From the IMG/VR virus record IMGVR_UViG_3300037067_003476, positions 32,001 to 96,000 of that record: a DNA stretch of 64,000 bases; one strand, written 5' to 3'. Both the position numbers and the translations under genes were made by a program. The DNA is from a virus (taxonomy: Duplodnaviria > Caudoviricetes). Of this stretch, positions 29,729 through 39,134 are shown in pieces. The notes under the pieces were generated by a model. It saw only the letters and a list, made by a program, of their open reading frames with translations. It was not told the DNA's origin and ran no database searches. Positions within the stretch are counted from its first letter, which is position 1. The number at the start of each line of letters is the position of its first letter.

Positions 29729-30178
29729 ATGACTATGAATCTAAATGGCTTACAGTGTGTTGGTCGTGGTAATCTTGTATCAAAACCCGAATCTAGAATT
29801 ATTGGAACTAGTGGTAGGGTCGTAACAAATGCAAGAATCGCATTTAATCGCTATTATAAGCAGGGTGAAGATCGCAAGAAAGAAACGGTGTTTCTTGATG
29901 TTTGTGCATTCAATTCGCTAGCTAAACGATTGTCCACCTTTGATAAGGGCGATTATTTAATGATCACTGGAACGATTACGGATGATTCTTATCAGTCTAA
30001 GGAACATGGCATGATTGTCAAAATGAAGGTCATGCTAGATAGTGTTGACAAATTGTATACCGTAGACACTAGCAATAAAGATAGCAAATCTAGCGAGTCA
30101 ACGCCAAGTACGCCAGAACCACCAACCACACCTGAAAATGTGGATTCGGTAGAATACACAGACGAAATCCCGTTTTAA
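29729..30178 (+). CDS. ssb: single-stranded DNA-binding protein
   Basis: GNL...PE, ETVFLDV.AF, KGD...ITG, acidic tail DEIPF; SD AGGAGG. Confidence 0.92.
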   Translation: MTMNLNGLQCVGRGNLVSKPESRIIGTSGRVVTNARIAFNRYYKQGEDRKKETVFLDVCAFNSLAKRLSTFDKGDYLMITGTITDDSYQSKEHGMIVKMKVMLDSVDKLYTVDTSNKDSKSSESTPSTPEPPTTPENVDSVEYTDEIPF

Positions 30179-30199
30179 CCAAGAAAGATAGTCTGGGAC

Positions 30200-31696
30200 A
30201 TGGGTAAAAAACGACTACTGTTTGTAGGCGAAGCAAGTTATCTAGCTACTGGTTTTTCTACATATTGGAATGAAGTCATTAAGCGAATAAACGCAACCGG
30301 TAGGTTTGAGGTAGCGGAATTTGGTTCATATGCTGGTGACTCGGATCCAAGAAATCAGCATGTTCCATGGAAATTCTACTCTAACGCCCCAGACCCAAAT
30401 GACCAAGCAGCCAACCAAGCATATCATTCTAGGCACACCAATCAGTTTGGTGAGTGGCGACTTAATGATGTATTGCTAGATTGGAAGCCCGACACACTTC
30501 TCTTATTGCGTGATTTTTGGATGGATGAGTTCGTATTAAGATCTCCTCTTAGGAGTAACTTCAAGGTTATTTGGATGCCGACCATAGACGGCGCACCCCA
30601 ACGCAAACTCTGGGTCGACGCATACAAGCAGTGCGATGCGATAATGACATATTCCCAATGGGGTAAAAATCTACTTGAAAAAGAATATGACCTAAAGGTA
30701 ACTGCGGTAGCATCTCCTGGAGCGGAATTAGATTTGTTCAAGCCAGTTCCAGACAAGGGGGCGCATAAAGCTAAACACGGGATAAACCCTTCGTCATTCA
30801 TTATTGGTACGGTAATGCGAAATCAAAAACGCAAGTTGTATGTAGACCTAATAGAAGCATTCGCCGAATGGCTACGCTCATCAAAGAAAAGTTCTCATCT
30901 AGATATTGCGAAGAAAACGTATTTGTACCTACACACCAGTTATCCAGATGTCGGATATGACATTGGTGACGCAATACAAAAATTCAAGGTTGGCAACAAG
31001 GTACTAATGACATATTTATGTTCTGCTTGTGGAACTGCGTATCCATCATTCTTCTCCGGAGAATGGACGCATTGTCGAAGATGTGGTAAGTTAGCGGCAC
31101 ATCCACCGAACGCCAACCACTCCGTTGGGAGGGATGTTCTTGCTAGTATATACAATCTCTTTGATGTGTATGTACAGTATTCAATTTGTTTGCACCCAGA
31201 TACCCCAATATTGTTAAGTGACTACACACATAAACGGATAGCAGACATTAAATCTGGTGATAAAATTATAAACGGAAATGGGGATACCGTTGATGTTGAT
31301 TGGTGTAAACAAACCAGCAATACGTCATCTACGGTCGAAATAACGACACACGAAAATCCCAAACCAGTCATAGTTACCAAGGACCATCGTGTTCTAACTA
31401 TGAACGAAAATGGTGAATTTGTATTTATAGAAGCCAAGGATCTTCTGAATAAATGGGTCGTTTGCCCAGCCAATAACGCCAAGATTTTTGACGCTATCAA
31501 GATACATAACCCAAGGAAGAATAGTAAATACAGGAAAAAATACAAAGACTATCTTTTGATAAAGGTTAAGTCGGTCGAACCAAGCGACTATACCGGCCCT
31601 GTCTACGATCTTGCGGTTGTTCCGCCGAAAGGGGGTGATGCCAACTCTCGCAGTTTCGTTGCGAACCATTTCGTAACACATAACTGTGAGGGTTAA
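30200..31696 (+). CDS. GT4 glycosyltransferase N-terminal part + mini-intein, ending CEG-stop
   Basis: TGFSTY, VMRNQKRK, YLHTSYPD.G, Zn insert CSAC..CRRC, IYNLFDVYVQYSI, then intein. Confidence 0.88.
   Translation: MGKKRLLFVGEASYLATGFSTYWNEVIKRINATGRFEVAEFGSYAGDSDPRNQHVPWKFYSNAPDPNDQAANQAYHSRHTNQFGEWRLNDVLLDWKPDTLLLLRDFWMDEFVLRSPLRSNFKVIWMPTIDGAPQRKLWVDAYKQCDAIMTYSQWGKNLLEKEYDLKVTAVASPGAELDLFKPVPDKGAHKAKHGINPSSFIIGTVMRNQKRKLYVDLIEAFAEWLRSSKKSSHLDIAKKTYLYLHTSYPDVGYDIGDAIQKFKVGNKVLMTYLCSACGTAYPSFFSGEWTHCRRCGKLAAHPPNANHSVGRDVLASIYNLFDVYVQYSICLHPDTPILLSDYTHKRIADIKSGDKIINGNGDTVDVDWCKQTSNTSSTVEITTHENPKPVIVTKDHRVLTMNENGEFVFIEAKDLLNKWVVCPANNAKIFDAIKIHNPRKNSKYRKKYKDYLLIKVKSVEPSDYTGPVYDLAVVPPKGGDANSRSFVANHFVTHNCEG
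31187..31684 (+). mobile_element. 166-aa mini-intein (no homing endonuclease)
   Basis: Block A CLHPDT, block B TKDH, block F VYDL, block G VTHN followed by Cys+1. Confidence 0.93.
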
Positions 31697-32401
31697 CTAG
31701 GCTGGGGGATGCCTATAATCGAGAGTATGAGTTGCGCTGTCCCTGCAATGGTGGTAAACTATTCAGCGATGGAAGATCATGCAAAAATGCCGGGTGGTAT
31801 CCCAATTAATGTTGGAAGATACTTTTATGAAGCTGTAATCGAAACGGAACAAAGACGGGCATTGCCAGACAATAAACATTTTGGAGAACAACTAAACCGT
31901 ATTGTCAAGATGAAACCTGGACAAAGAGAAGAATTAGCTAGACGAACACATAATTATATCGTTGAGCCAGCAGAAGTATTCGGCCAAACAGAAAAATTAC
32001 CACGATTCGGGTACGATAGGACAGCGGCCATATGGATGAATGTTATTGATTCCATAGGGGCGTTGGATAGGTCTAAGACATGGGACAGGAAGGAACCTAA
32101 TTACCGGATTCCAGACCTAAAAGCACCAAATAGAGTGATGAGCAACACCGAGTTTGTTAGGTGGGCTATTACGAGTATAATGCGTAGACCTGATCTTGCT
32201 ACATCGTTCATGGCAAATGAGTGGATCAGATGGTTAAACTGTGGATTTAAGATAGAAGGAAACCAAAGGGTTCCGTGTGATCGAAATACCATAGCGAATA
32301 TGGCCATACAGATTGTCAATGAATATAACAGTGCAGAAAAAATGAGGGCAGATAGCTTGGTTGCTCGAAATAATGACGAAATTGGATTTACGGTGTTATA
32401 A
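31697..32401 (+). CDS. GT4 glycosyltransferase C-terminal part, in frame with the upstream part
   Basis: After TAA the same frame reads L-G-W-G-M-P-I-I-E-S-M-S-C-A-V-P, the rest of the EX7E motif (ATG at 31709). Confidence 0.85.
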   Translation, partial: LGWGMPIIESMSCAVPAMVVNYSAMEDHAKMPGGIPINVGRYFYEAVIETEQRRALPDNKHFGEQLNRIVKMKPGQREELARRTHNYIVEPAEVFGQTEKLPRFGYDRTAAIWMNVIDSIGALDRSKTWDRKEPNYRIPDLKAPNRVMSNTEFVRWAITSIMRRPDLATSFMANEWIRWLNCGFKIEGNQRVPCDRNTIANMAIQIVNEYNSAEKMRADSLVARNNDEIGFTVL

Positions 32402-33594
32402 TGCGTGTACTGTATATATCTGTCTATAAGGATGGTACCGGTTATAGTCATGCTGCGATAGAAACTATTTTGGCGTGTGAAAAAGCTGGAATTGATATCG
32501 TATGCAGACCAATATCTATGTCCCCGATGAACGGTATCGATGATGCCAAACGAATTCAACACCTAGAATGCAAACCGCTAAACAATATAGATGTCGTCAT
32601 ACAACATTCGCTGCCGCACACCTTCGAGTATAAAAGCGGCGTTAAAAACATAGGTGTGTTTAGCTGGGAAACAACGCACTTTAGAAATTCAACATGGACA
32701 GAGCATTGTAATTTGATGGATGAGATATGGACATCATCTATTGTTGCCAAACAGGCTATTATTAATAGCGGTGTAACAAAGCCTGTGCGAGTTATTCCTA
32801 TCCCATGCAATGCTGATAAGTACAGTGGCACAATAAATCCAATAGCACTTCCTGGCAAACCGAATCAAACCGTATTCTATACAATAGGCGAATATACCAG
32901 ACGAAAAAACATCGTCGGAATAATCCGATCATACTTTCATGCTTTTACGCCAGACGACAATGTGGTGCTGGTAATAAAAACATCCTTTCCAGGAATGAAG
33001 GATAATGTAGCACAACAGCAGATCTCGCAAATAGTTGACGATATCAAAAGATCAACACATATTTATCAAAACCCAAGGGATTATCCGCCAATCATAGTGA
33101 TTACACGACGAATGTCTGATGAACACATAAGGCAATTGCACAAATCCGGAACATTCTTTGTATCTCCATCCCATGGAGAGACATGGTGCATTCCAGCTAT
33201 GGACGCACTCGGCTATAGTAACCCAGTTATCGCCTCTAATTGGGGTAGTTTTCCAGAATTGCTAATGGACCCTGATCTCGCTAAGCAATTTTTCGATCCA
33301 GGTACTATGTCATTTGCGTATCCTGGAGATGTTTCTGGCGGCTACCTGATCAAAGGGCAACTAGCCCCGTGCTTTGCCCCAGACGGCGGATTTAACGACC
33401 TATACACTGGTAAAGAAGAATGGTTTGAACCAAATCTGTGCCACTTATCTAGTCTTCTTCGTCGTGCATACAATATCCATCAATATCAACCGGATGTATT
33501 TACGAAACAAAGGATCAGTGCATCTATGCGAGCAATGGCATTTAATCACGCTAGTGTTGGCGATAGAATCAAATCGGCACTAACACAGGAGTAG
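32401..33594 (+). CDS. GT4 glycosyltransferase
   Basis: GTGYS, WET, FYTIGE...RKN, PSHGETWCIPAMDAL. Confidence 0.88.
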   Translation: MRVLYISVYKDGTGYSHAAIETILACEKAGIDIVCRPISMSPMNGIDDAKRIQHLECKPLNNIDVVIQHSLPHTFEYKSGVKNIGVFSWETTHFRNSTWTEHCNLMDEIWTSSIVAKQAIINSGVTKPVRVIPIPCNADKYSGTINPIALPGKPNQTVFYTIGEYTRRKNIVGIIRSYFHAFTPDDNVVLVIKTSFPGMKDNVAQQQISQIVDDIKRSTHIYQNPRDYPPIIVITRRMSDEHIRQLHKSGTFFVSPSHGETWCIPAMDALGYSNPVIASNWGSFPELLMDPDLAKQFFDPGTMSFAYPGDVSGGYLIKGQLAPCFAPDGGFNDLYTGKEEWFEPNLCHLSSLLRRAYNIHQYQPDVFTKQRISASMRAMAFNHASVGDRIKSALTQE

Positions 33595-33601
33595 AGCAGA
33601 A

Positions 33602-34573
33602 ATGCCAACGCAGATATCTAGGATACTAAGATGCGTTAATCGGGATCTCGATAGACCTCTTAACATTCTGTGCTCTCCGACTCATGAAGCATATGAAACA
33701 ATGCTATGCAAAACAGGTCACAGATTCTATTCTCTTCAACATCCAAATCTAAAACGATGGAACTGTAGGTCTAGGCCATATCCGATCAATTACCAGCCAA
33801 TAAATCATAATGCCCTACCCAACGATGTTGTTTTCGATATGGTGTTGTCGCAAAGTAAATGGGGGCAGTTTCAGATTCTTGGGCAAATCGCTCACGCACT
33901 TGGGTGTCCGCTTATTCAACTAGAGCATACCATTCCCATACGAGGAGTAAACGAACAACAGATCAAGCAAATGAAGAATATGAATGGCACCGTAAACGTG
34001 TATATATGTAAGTGGTCTGCCGATCAGTGGTGGGATAGTACTGGTGTTGCTATAGAGCATGGAATTGACACAAATATATTTTGCGGATGGAACGGCGCTA
34101 TGGGTGGCGTTTTATCTGTGGTCAATCAGTTTAGAGAACGAGATAGCTTATTGGGATTTTCTCTGTGGAAGAATGTCACGAATGGACTACAGACGAATCT
34201 TGTTGGCGATAATCCTGGTTTGTCTCAGGAGGCAACAAGTACGGATGATTTGGTAAATAGATACAGAGTGGCAGGGGTATTTTTGAATACGTCGTTGCAG
34301 TCAACATATCCGATGGCTATGATCGAGGCCATGGCTGTTGGGTGTCCAGTAGTATCAACACCAACATGCGCTATCCCCACCATTATCCAAGATGGCGTTA
34401 ATGGCATGCTTGGTTATACCCCAGAAGACTTACGATCCAAGCTTGAGTTGTTACTAAGGGATAAAGAGTTAGCTCGAACCATAGGAGAGGCTGGACGACA
34501 AACTGTATTGCATCGTTTCGGCGAATCAAGATTTATCGACGATTGGAACAATCTGTTTCGGGCATTAGCATGA
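33602..34573 (+). CDS. GT4 glycosyltransferase
   Basis: HGIDT, FLNTS..STYPMAMIEAMAVGCPVVST, DGVNG. Confidence 0.9.
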   Translation: MPTQISRILRCVNRDLDRPLNILCSPTHEAYETMLCKTGHRFYSLQHPNLKRWNCRSRPYPINYQPINHNALPNDVVFDMVLSQSKWGQFQILGQIAHALGCPLIQLEHTIPIRGVNEQQIKQMKNMNGTVNVYICKWSADQWWDSTGVAIEHGIDTNIFCGWNGAMGGVLSVVNQFRERDSLLGFSLWKNVTNGLQTNLVGDNPGLSQEATSTDDLVNRYRVAGVFLNTSLQSTYPMAMIEAMAVGCPVVSTPTCAIPTIIQDGVNGMLGYTPEDLRSKLELLLRDKELARTIGEAGRQTVLHRFGESRFIDDWNNLFRALA

Positions 34574-35415
34574 AATTCAGTATAGTGATGTCGTATTTTC
34601 GACGACCCCAATTGCTCTGTAGAACACTGGAATCTATTTATAGACAAGCCAATAAACCATGTTACGAAATTATCATCGTTAACGATGATGTTTGTAATAG
34701 TCCAAGAGATGATGAGCTAGAGAGAATATGTCGCCTTTACAAAGAAAAAATGCAATGCGATATAAGGTTATTCATCACAGAGCGCACAACCCCATGTCGT
34801 GGACCTGCATTACCATGGAATATTGGGGCTAAGTTTGCAAGTGGCGATATTCTAGTAATTCAGAATCCAGAATGTATGCACGTAGGATGCGTGCTGGATA
34901 ATCTTAAGGCGATATTCGAATTACGCGCAAACCAGTATGTGTCTGTTAGATGTATATCGCTTAAATCTAATGATGACGTGGTGATAGATGCGTGTAACGC
35001 TGGATTGTTAGACTACAACAAAATACGTGAATTAGACCATCCAGCAAGACAGGAATATATCGGGCCTACGAATCCCCGATTGTTGTATTTCTGCGGAGCG
35101 TTGCCACGACAATTGTTCTATGACGTAGGCGGAATAGAGGAATCATTTGTCAGGCTGGCATACGAAGACGACTTCTTTGTTTACACAGTGCAAAAGAATA
35201 ATATACCAGCAAATATCGTTGGTAATAAAGAGTGGTATGTTATGCACCAATGGCATCCGACCTATTTGACAAGCGAATATTGGTCGGCGTTACATGAAAG
35301 CCAGGGACATTACAATTTGTTGTTGCGACAGATAGACCGGGACCAAAGATCTCCAATCGCAAATCTGGGAAGGCAGTGGGGTGAGTTGGGTTCTGGGCGA
35401 GAAATAGTACTATGA
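34570..35415 (+). CDS. GT2 glycosyltransferase
   Basis: FSIVMSYF, EIIIVND, WNIGAK.ASGD, GGIEESF...AYEDDF, HQWH. Confidence 0.88.
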   Translation: MKFSIVMSYFRRPQLLCRTLESIYRQANKPCYEIIIVNDDVCNSPRDDELERICRLYKEKMQCDIRLFITERTTPCRGPALPWNIGAKFASGDILVIQNPECMHVGCVLDNLKAIFELRANQYVSVRCISLKSNDDVVIDACNAGLLDYNKIRELDHPARQEYIGPTNPRLLYFCGALPRQLFYDVGGIEESFVRLAYEDDFFVYTVQKNNIPANIVGNKEWYVMHQWHPTYLTSEYWSALHESQGHYNLLLRQIDRDQRSPIANLGRQWGELGSGREIVL

Positions 35416-36233
35416 TAACAGAAAATGACTTTGACTGGTCTGTTACAGAAAGGGATATTGTCATCGTGCTGCCTAGTGTTGGCAGAAAAGTCCAGCTTAT
35501 TCCTGGGTTAAAGAGATTAATTACAACAACAGCTTTGCCAAAAGAAAACTGGCGTATTGTTGTCATGAACAATTGTTGTCACGAAGACTTGTCAGATCTG
35601 CAATGCCTTAATTGTTCGTATTTTACACTATCAAAATCACTACAAACCAACTATCTGAATGGTGGATACGCACGAAATTATGTCCTCAAGAGGCTGAGAT
35701 CAAAGCGTGTAATATTCCGTGATGCTGAAATTTTTCACGACGGGGACTACCTATCGTATGCTAATCAGTTGCCAGTAGATGCTGTCGGCGAATTATTCGC
35801 AGCCAATCAGGTATACTACAATGGGATAGTTGGTGGTGTATCAGTAACCGCTAGCCCAGAAGTTACAAGGGCAATCATTGATAACCCAATGGTTGATCTG
35901 CGAACGATAGCTAGAATATTCAGAATGAGATCGTACGAGGGAATGAATGGGTATGGTTGGATTGCCCCGACTAAGATGCTACAAGACATGCGCGGATTCG
36001 ACGAGGACTTTGACGAATGGGGTATGGAAGATTCAGACATATTCGACAGAATCAAGGCAAGTGGCAGGCCGGTTATACGAATGCCCCAAGGATATCCTGT
36101 ATATGCAACCCATTTGTTTCATCCACCAGCACCTTTCCCGTCTGGCAAAGCGTGCAGGATATATAAAGAGAAAGATCCGAACCAGTTGATTAGAAACCCT
36201 AATGGATGGGGGGAGTGGAAAACATGCGACTAA
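35412..36233 (+). CDS. GT2/GT7-C-like glycosyltransferase
   Basis: ARN, DAE, RGFDEDFDEWGMEDSD, HLFH. Confidence 0.82.
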   Translation: MITENDFDWSVTERDIVIVLPSVGRKVQLIPGLKRLITTTALPKENWRIVVMNNCCHEDLSDLQCLNCSYFTLSKSLQTNYLNGGYARNYVLKRLRSKRVIFRDAEIFHDGDYLSYANQLPVDAVGELFAANQVYYNGIVGGVSVTASPEVTRAIIDNPMVDLRTIARIFRMRSYEGMNGYGWIAPTKMLQDMRGFDEDFDEWGMEDSDIFDRIKASGRPVIRMPQGYPVYATHLFHPPAPFPSGKACRIYKEKDPNQLIRNPNGWGEWKTCD

Positions 36234-36697
36234 ACCTTGGATGTGGAAACGATATTCGTACTGGTTTTGTAAACGTAGACGTGACACAACAACAATTACC
36301 ACCGGATCTCTATCGACAGGGAGATATTTCTAATCTTGATTGGCTGTGTAGTAATAGCTCCGTCGAGGAAATGTTGGCACTAAATGTGCTACAATACATA
36401 CCATATAAGGTCATGGATCAGGTATTATCAAACTGGACAAATAAGCTTTGCAGCAATGGACGCATAAAAATCTTGTCTCCAGATATAAACATACTATGTA
36501 AGCTGTTGTGTAATCGCAACATGGATCTAGTAACGTTTTTGGCCAATGTATTTGGCTCGCAAGATCAGATTGTTAACTTTGGAAAATCAGCAACCGGCAT
36601 GAAAGATATGTGTCGACAACTGGAATCATTAGGGCTAATGGTTGTAGCTGCCAGATATGAGAACACAATGTTTTATGTAGAGGCTATTAAACAATGA
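36224..36697 (+). CDS. SAM-dependent methyltransferase (sugar-methyltransferase-like)
   Basis: RLNLGCG...GFVNVD, V.E......L, G.I.I..PD. Confidence 0.8.
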   Translation: MRLNLGCGNDIRTGFVNVDVTQQQLPPDLYRQGDISNLDWLCSNSSVEEMLALNVLQYIPYKVMDQVLSNWTNKLCSNGRIKILSPDINILCKLLCNRNMDLVTFLANVFGSQDQIVNFGKSATGMKDMCRQLESLGLMVVAARYENTMFYVEAIKQ

Positions 36698-37437
36698 AGC
36701 TTTGTACACCATGTCAGTCATGTAGCTTTTTATCGAAGGGCGACGGCGCGTGTCTATTGAGTCTATATTGTTGTAAATCGGATGACAATGTAACATACGC
36801 TCCAGGTTGTTGTAGGTTTTTTACGAGAACTAAGTTCCCGGATATAGCTACCGCAGTTCGCCACATGAAACAGGCAATGAGTTTTGACTACTCTTTGGTT
36901 GTATGTTTTGATAGCAATGTGCATTGTCTGAATGACCTGAACAGGGTGTTTCGCAAAAGCGTTAAATACACCAACGTTGTAGTTGTTGATATGTCGGCGA
37001 TGTCCGATCATAAAAAGTTGATAGAATTGTCAAAATATTGTGTTGCTAACTCTTGTAAATACAATGTCGTTATCCCCACAGAACCAGTAGTCGCCGACGA
37101 CCAATTAATTAGACTGGCAATGCCCAGCATAACCCAAAGTTACTTTGTGGTGATAGACGCAAATGAATATATCGACATTGAAACACACAAGAGCGTTGTT
37201 GCAGAAACTAATCAGAACTCAAGATTCGTTCGTTGGGATTTTGGAAAGATACATGGCAATACCCTGATATTTTCACAGACATCGATACGTGGTGTGTACA
37301 TAACTTCGTTTTATAAAGAGATAATGTGTGGAGAGGAAAAATCGTTCAATTCTGTTGTCCGCGAGCTTGAAGCAGATAGTGGTATCAGCTTTATCAGACA
37401 ACTGGTCGGCCCGGTTAACACAGTAGATAGGACATGA
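36694..37437 (+). CDS. Cys-rich N-terminus plus possibly degenerate GT-A fold
   Basis: CTPCQSC..C..CC..CC; VVVVD...YFVVID; lies in GT cluster. Confidence 0.45.
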   Translation: MKLCTPCQSCSFLSKGDGACLLSLYCCKSDDNVTYAPGCCRFFTRTKFPDIATAVRHMKQAMSFDYSLVVCFDSNVHCLNDLNRVFRKSVKYTNVVVVDMSAMSDHKKLIELSKYCVANSCKYNVVIPTEPVVADDQLIRLAMPSITQSYFVVIDANEYIDIETHKSVVAETNQNSRFVRWDFGKIHGNTLIFSQTSIRGVYITSFYKEIMCGEEKSFNSVVRELEADSGISFIRQLVGPVNTVDRT

Positions 37438-37438
37438 T

Positions 37439-38143
37439 ATGCCTAAGATCGGGGCTGTAATCGCAATCACAAAACATAGTCGTCTGTTGCTAGACGGAAT
37501 AATGTCTATTGCGAAACAGGTTGATAGGGTGGCTGTATTATATAGCGGAGGGAACGACTGTGACTGGGATAAAATAGTAGGCACGGTACTGAACAAGCCT
37601 AATTTTGTCGGAGCCATAGTGACCGGAACCATATGCGATAAGCCGTGTATTTGCGTTAAAAGGGATTCGGCTAATAGGTCGTCGTTATTCAATGGTGGGC
37701 TTCAGTTATTTGGAGAAGACTACGACTATATAGTAATTACTGATGGCGGTGTAGTATTTAGGCACGATAAGGTCTCTTTGTCGATAGACGCTCTGAGTAA
37801 ACACGAAATGGCTAGTTGTGTCGTATCTGATTTCTCTGTATTATACGACAACGACGTGTTAATTAGACATTACGAACATCCATTCGATATAATTATGATG
37901 AAAGATGGGGTCCACCCAAACATCAATTGTGTTATTAGGCGGCGATGTATGGTGCCATTCAACGAAGAACTTAGTACGCATGACGACTACGAGTGGATTG
38001 GTAGGGTTGGTATGACAGGACTAGTTTATCATATTCCAGAATCGCTACACACAATAGCGGCTATGGATAGAATTATAGATCAAGTCACTGTTGACAAGAT
38101 AAAGGACATAATATTCTCACAATATGGACTTTCTAATGGGTAA
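37439..38143 (+). CDS. degenerate GT2-like protein
   Basis: LFNGGL...DYIVITDG, FNEEL..HDDYEW, YHIPE.L. Confidence 0.68.
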   Translation: MPKIGAVIAITKHSRLLLDGIMSIAKQVDRVAVLYSGGNDCDWDKIVGTVLNKPNFVGAIVTGTICDKPCICVKRDSANRSSLFNGGLQLFGEDYDYIVITDGGVVFRHDKVSLSIDALSKHEMASCVVSDFSVLYDNDVLIRHYEHPFDIIMMKDGVHPNINCVIRRRCMVPFNEELSTHDDYEWIGRVGMTGLVYHIPESLHTIAAMDRIIDQVTVDKIKDIIFSQYGLSNG

Positions 38144-38681
38144 AAAGAAGAATAACAGATCAGGTGCAAAGAGAGAATTACAAGAAGCGATGTTCGAACA
38201 GTTCGCTGTTAATACTGACGATCCACTAAGGTCTATTGGTATAATTGCCGATCATATATCGGTTTCGCAAAACACTGTCCCAATGATTACTAGTATCAAC
38301 AGGGTGTGCCAGGAATCTTTTGGGGTAGACATATCTTTGTTCGTCATGCATTTGTATAAACCGTTTGTTACTCCGTTATGCCCAGTATTTGATGTCCGCA
38401 AGTTGGCTGGATGGGATGGTCCACTAATAACAACCAGCGCACAATCGACACTTGAAGCACTATCAACTAAATCAGATAGGATAATACATTATGTATGGAA
38501 ACCAGATTTCATTAACATTGGAAGAGATATAAGGAAGGCTTTCACAGATCCAAGAATTATAATAGTAACACGACATGACGACTATACAGATTTAATCAAT
38601 ACAGAATTCGGTTTAAGTATAAACAATATTTCGATGCCAGATTTTGATGCTACAAAACTAATAAGGCTTGCACTAACATGA
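38136..38681 (+). CDS. hypothetical protein, possibly a GT-B N-terminal-like domain
   Basis: WDGPLITTS, HYVW; ends the GT cluster. Confidence 0.45.
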   Translation: MGKKKNNRSGAKRELQEAMFEQFAVNTDDPLRSIGIIADHISVSQNTVPMITSINRVCQESFGVDISLFVMHLYKPFVTPLCPVFDVRKLAGWDGPLITTSAQSTLEALSTKSDRIIHYVWKPDFINIGRDIRKAFTDPRIIIVTRHDDYTDLINTEFGLSINNISMPDFDATKLIRLALT

Positions 38682-39133
38682 TATTTGTTAAAGCCCGTAT
38701 GTGTCCATTGGTAGAACATTCATGGTTGTTATTGATAGACGATTCTTCTCTTGGATATGCAAAAAGAAAGATCGATTCGATAAATAGGGCTGCATGCGAA
38801 TCATTATATTGTCACGGTAGTAATGTTTTTGTTATAGAAAAACGTATACAGGCAACAGAACACCTATTGTCTGTTATAGATTCAAGAATCGGCTGGTTCA
38901 TGAATTCTTTTGGTGGAATGTGTCCGAATATCTATGACGAATTATGCAAGGTAGAGGCAGATGATTTTCCGCTACAGTTTAAACCATCTGATATAAAAAT
39001 AACAAAGTTTGATGATGGAAAACATTGGTATACTATATTTCCTAATGGAGAACGTTTGAAATATAATGGTATGTTTAAATGGTCTACGCCTGAATTAGCG
39101 AGGTCGGCTGTTAAAAGGTTTTGTGGAGAATAA
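38678..39133 (+). CDS. hypothetical protein
   Basis: Coupled operonic ORF. Confidence 0.55.
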   Translation: MIFVKARMCPLVEHSWLLLIDDSSLGYAKRKIDSINRAACESLYCHGSNVFVIEKRIQATEHLLSVIDSRIGWFMNSFGGMCPNIYDELCKVEADDFPLQFKPSDIKITKFDDGKHWYTIFPNGERLKYNGMFKWSTPELARSAVKRFCGE

Positions 39134-39134
39134 A

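Noticed and set aside
31694-31696. Genome-wide stop-codon reassignment as the explanation for the in-frame TAA
   Set aside because: TAA, TAG and TGA all end many intact genes here, and readthrough would leave three extra residues inside EX7E.
31691-31702. Self-splicing intron at GGT/TAA
   Set aside because: Nine nt cannot form a ribozyme, and a frame-restoring excision starting after GGT would end in C rather than the conserved terminal G.
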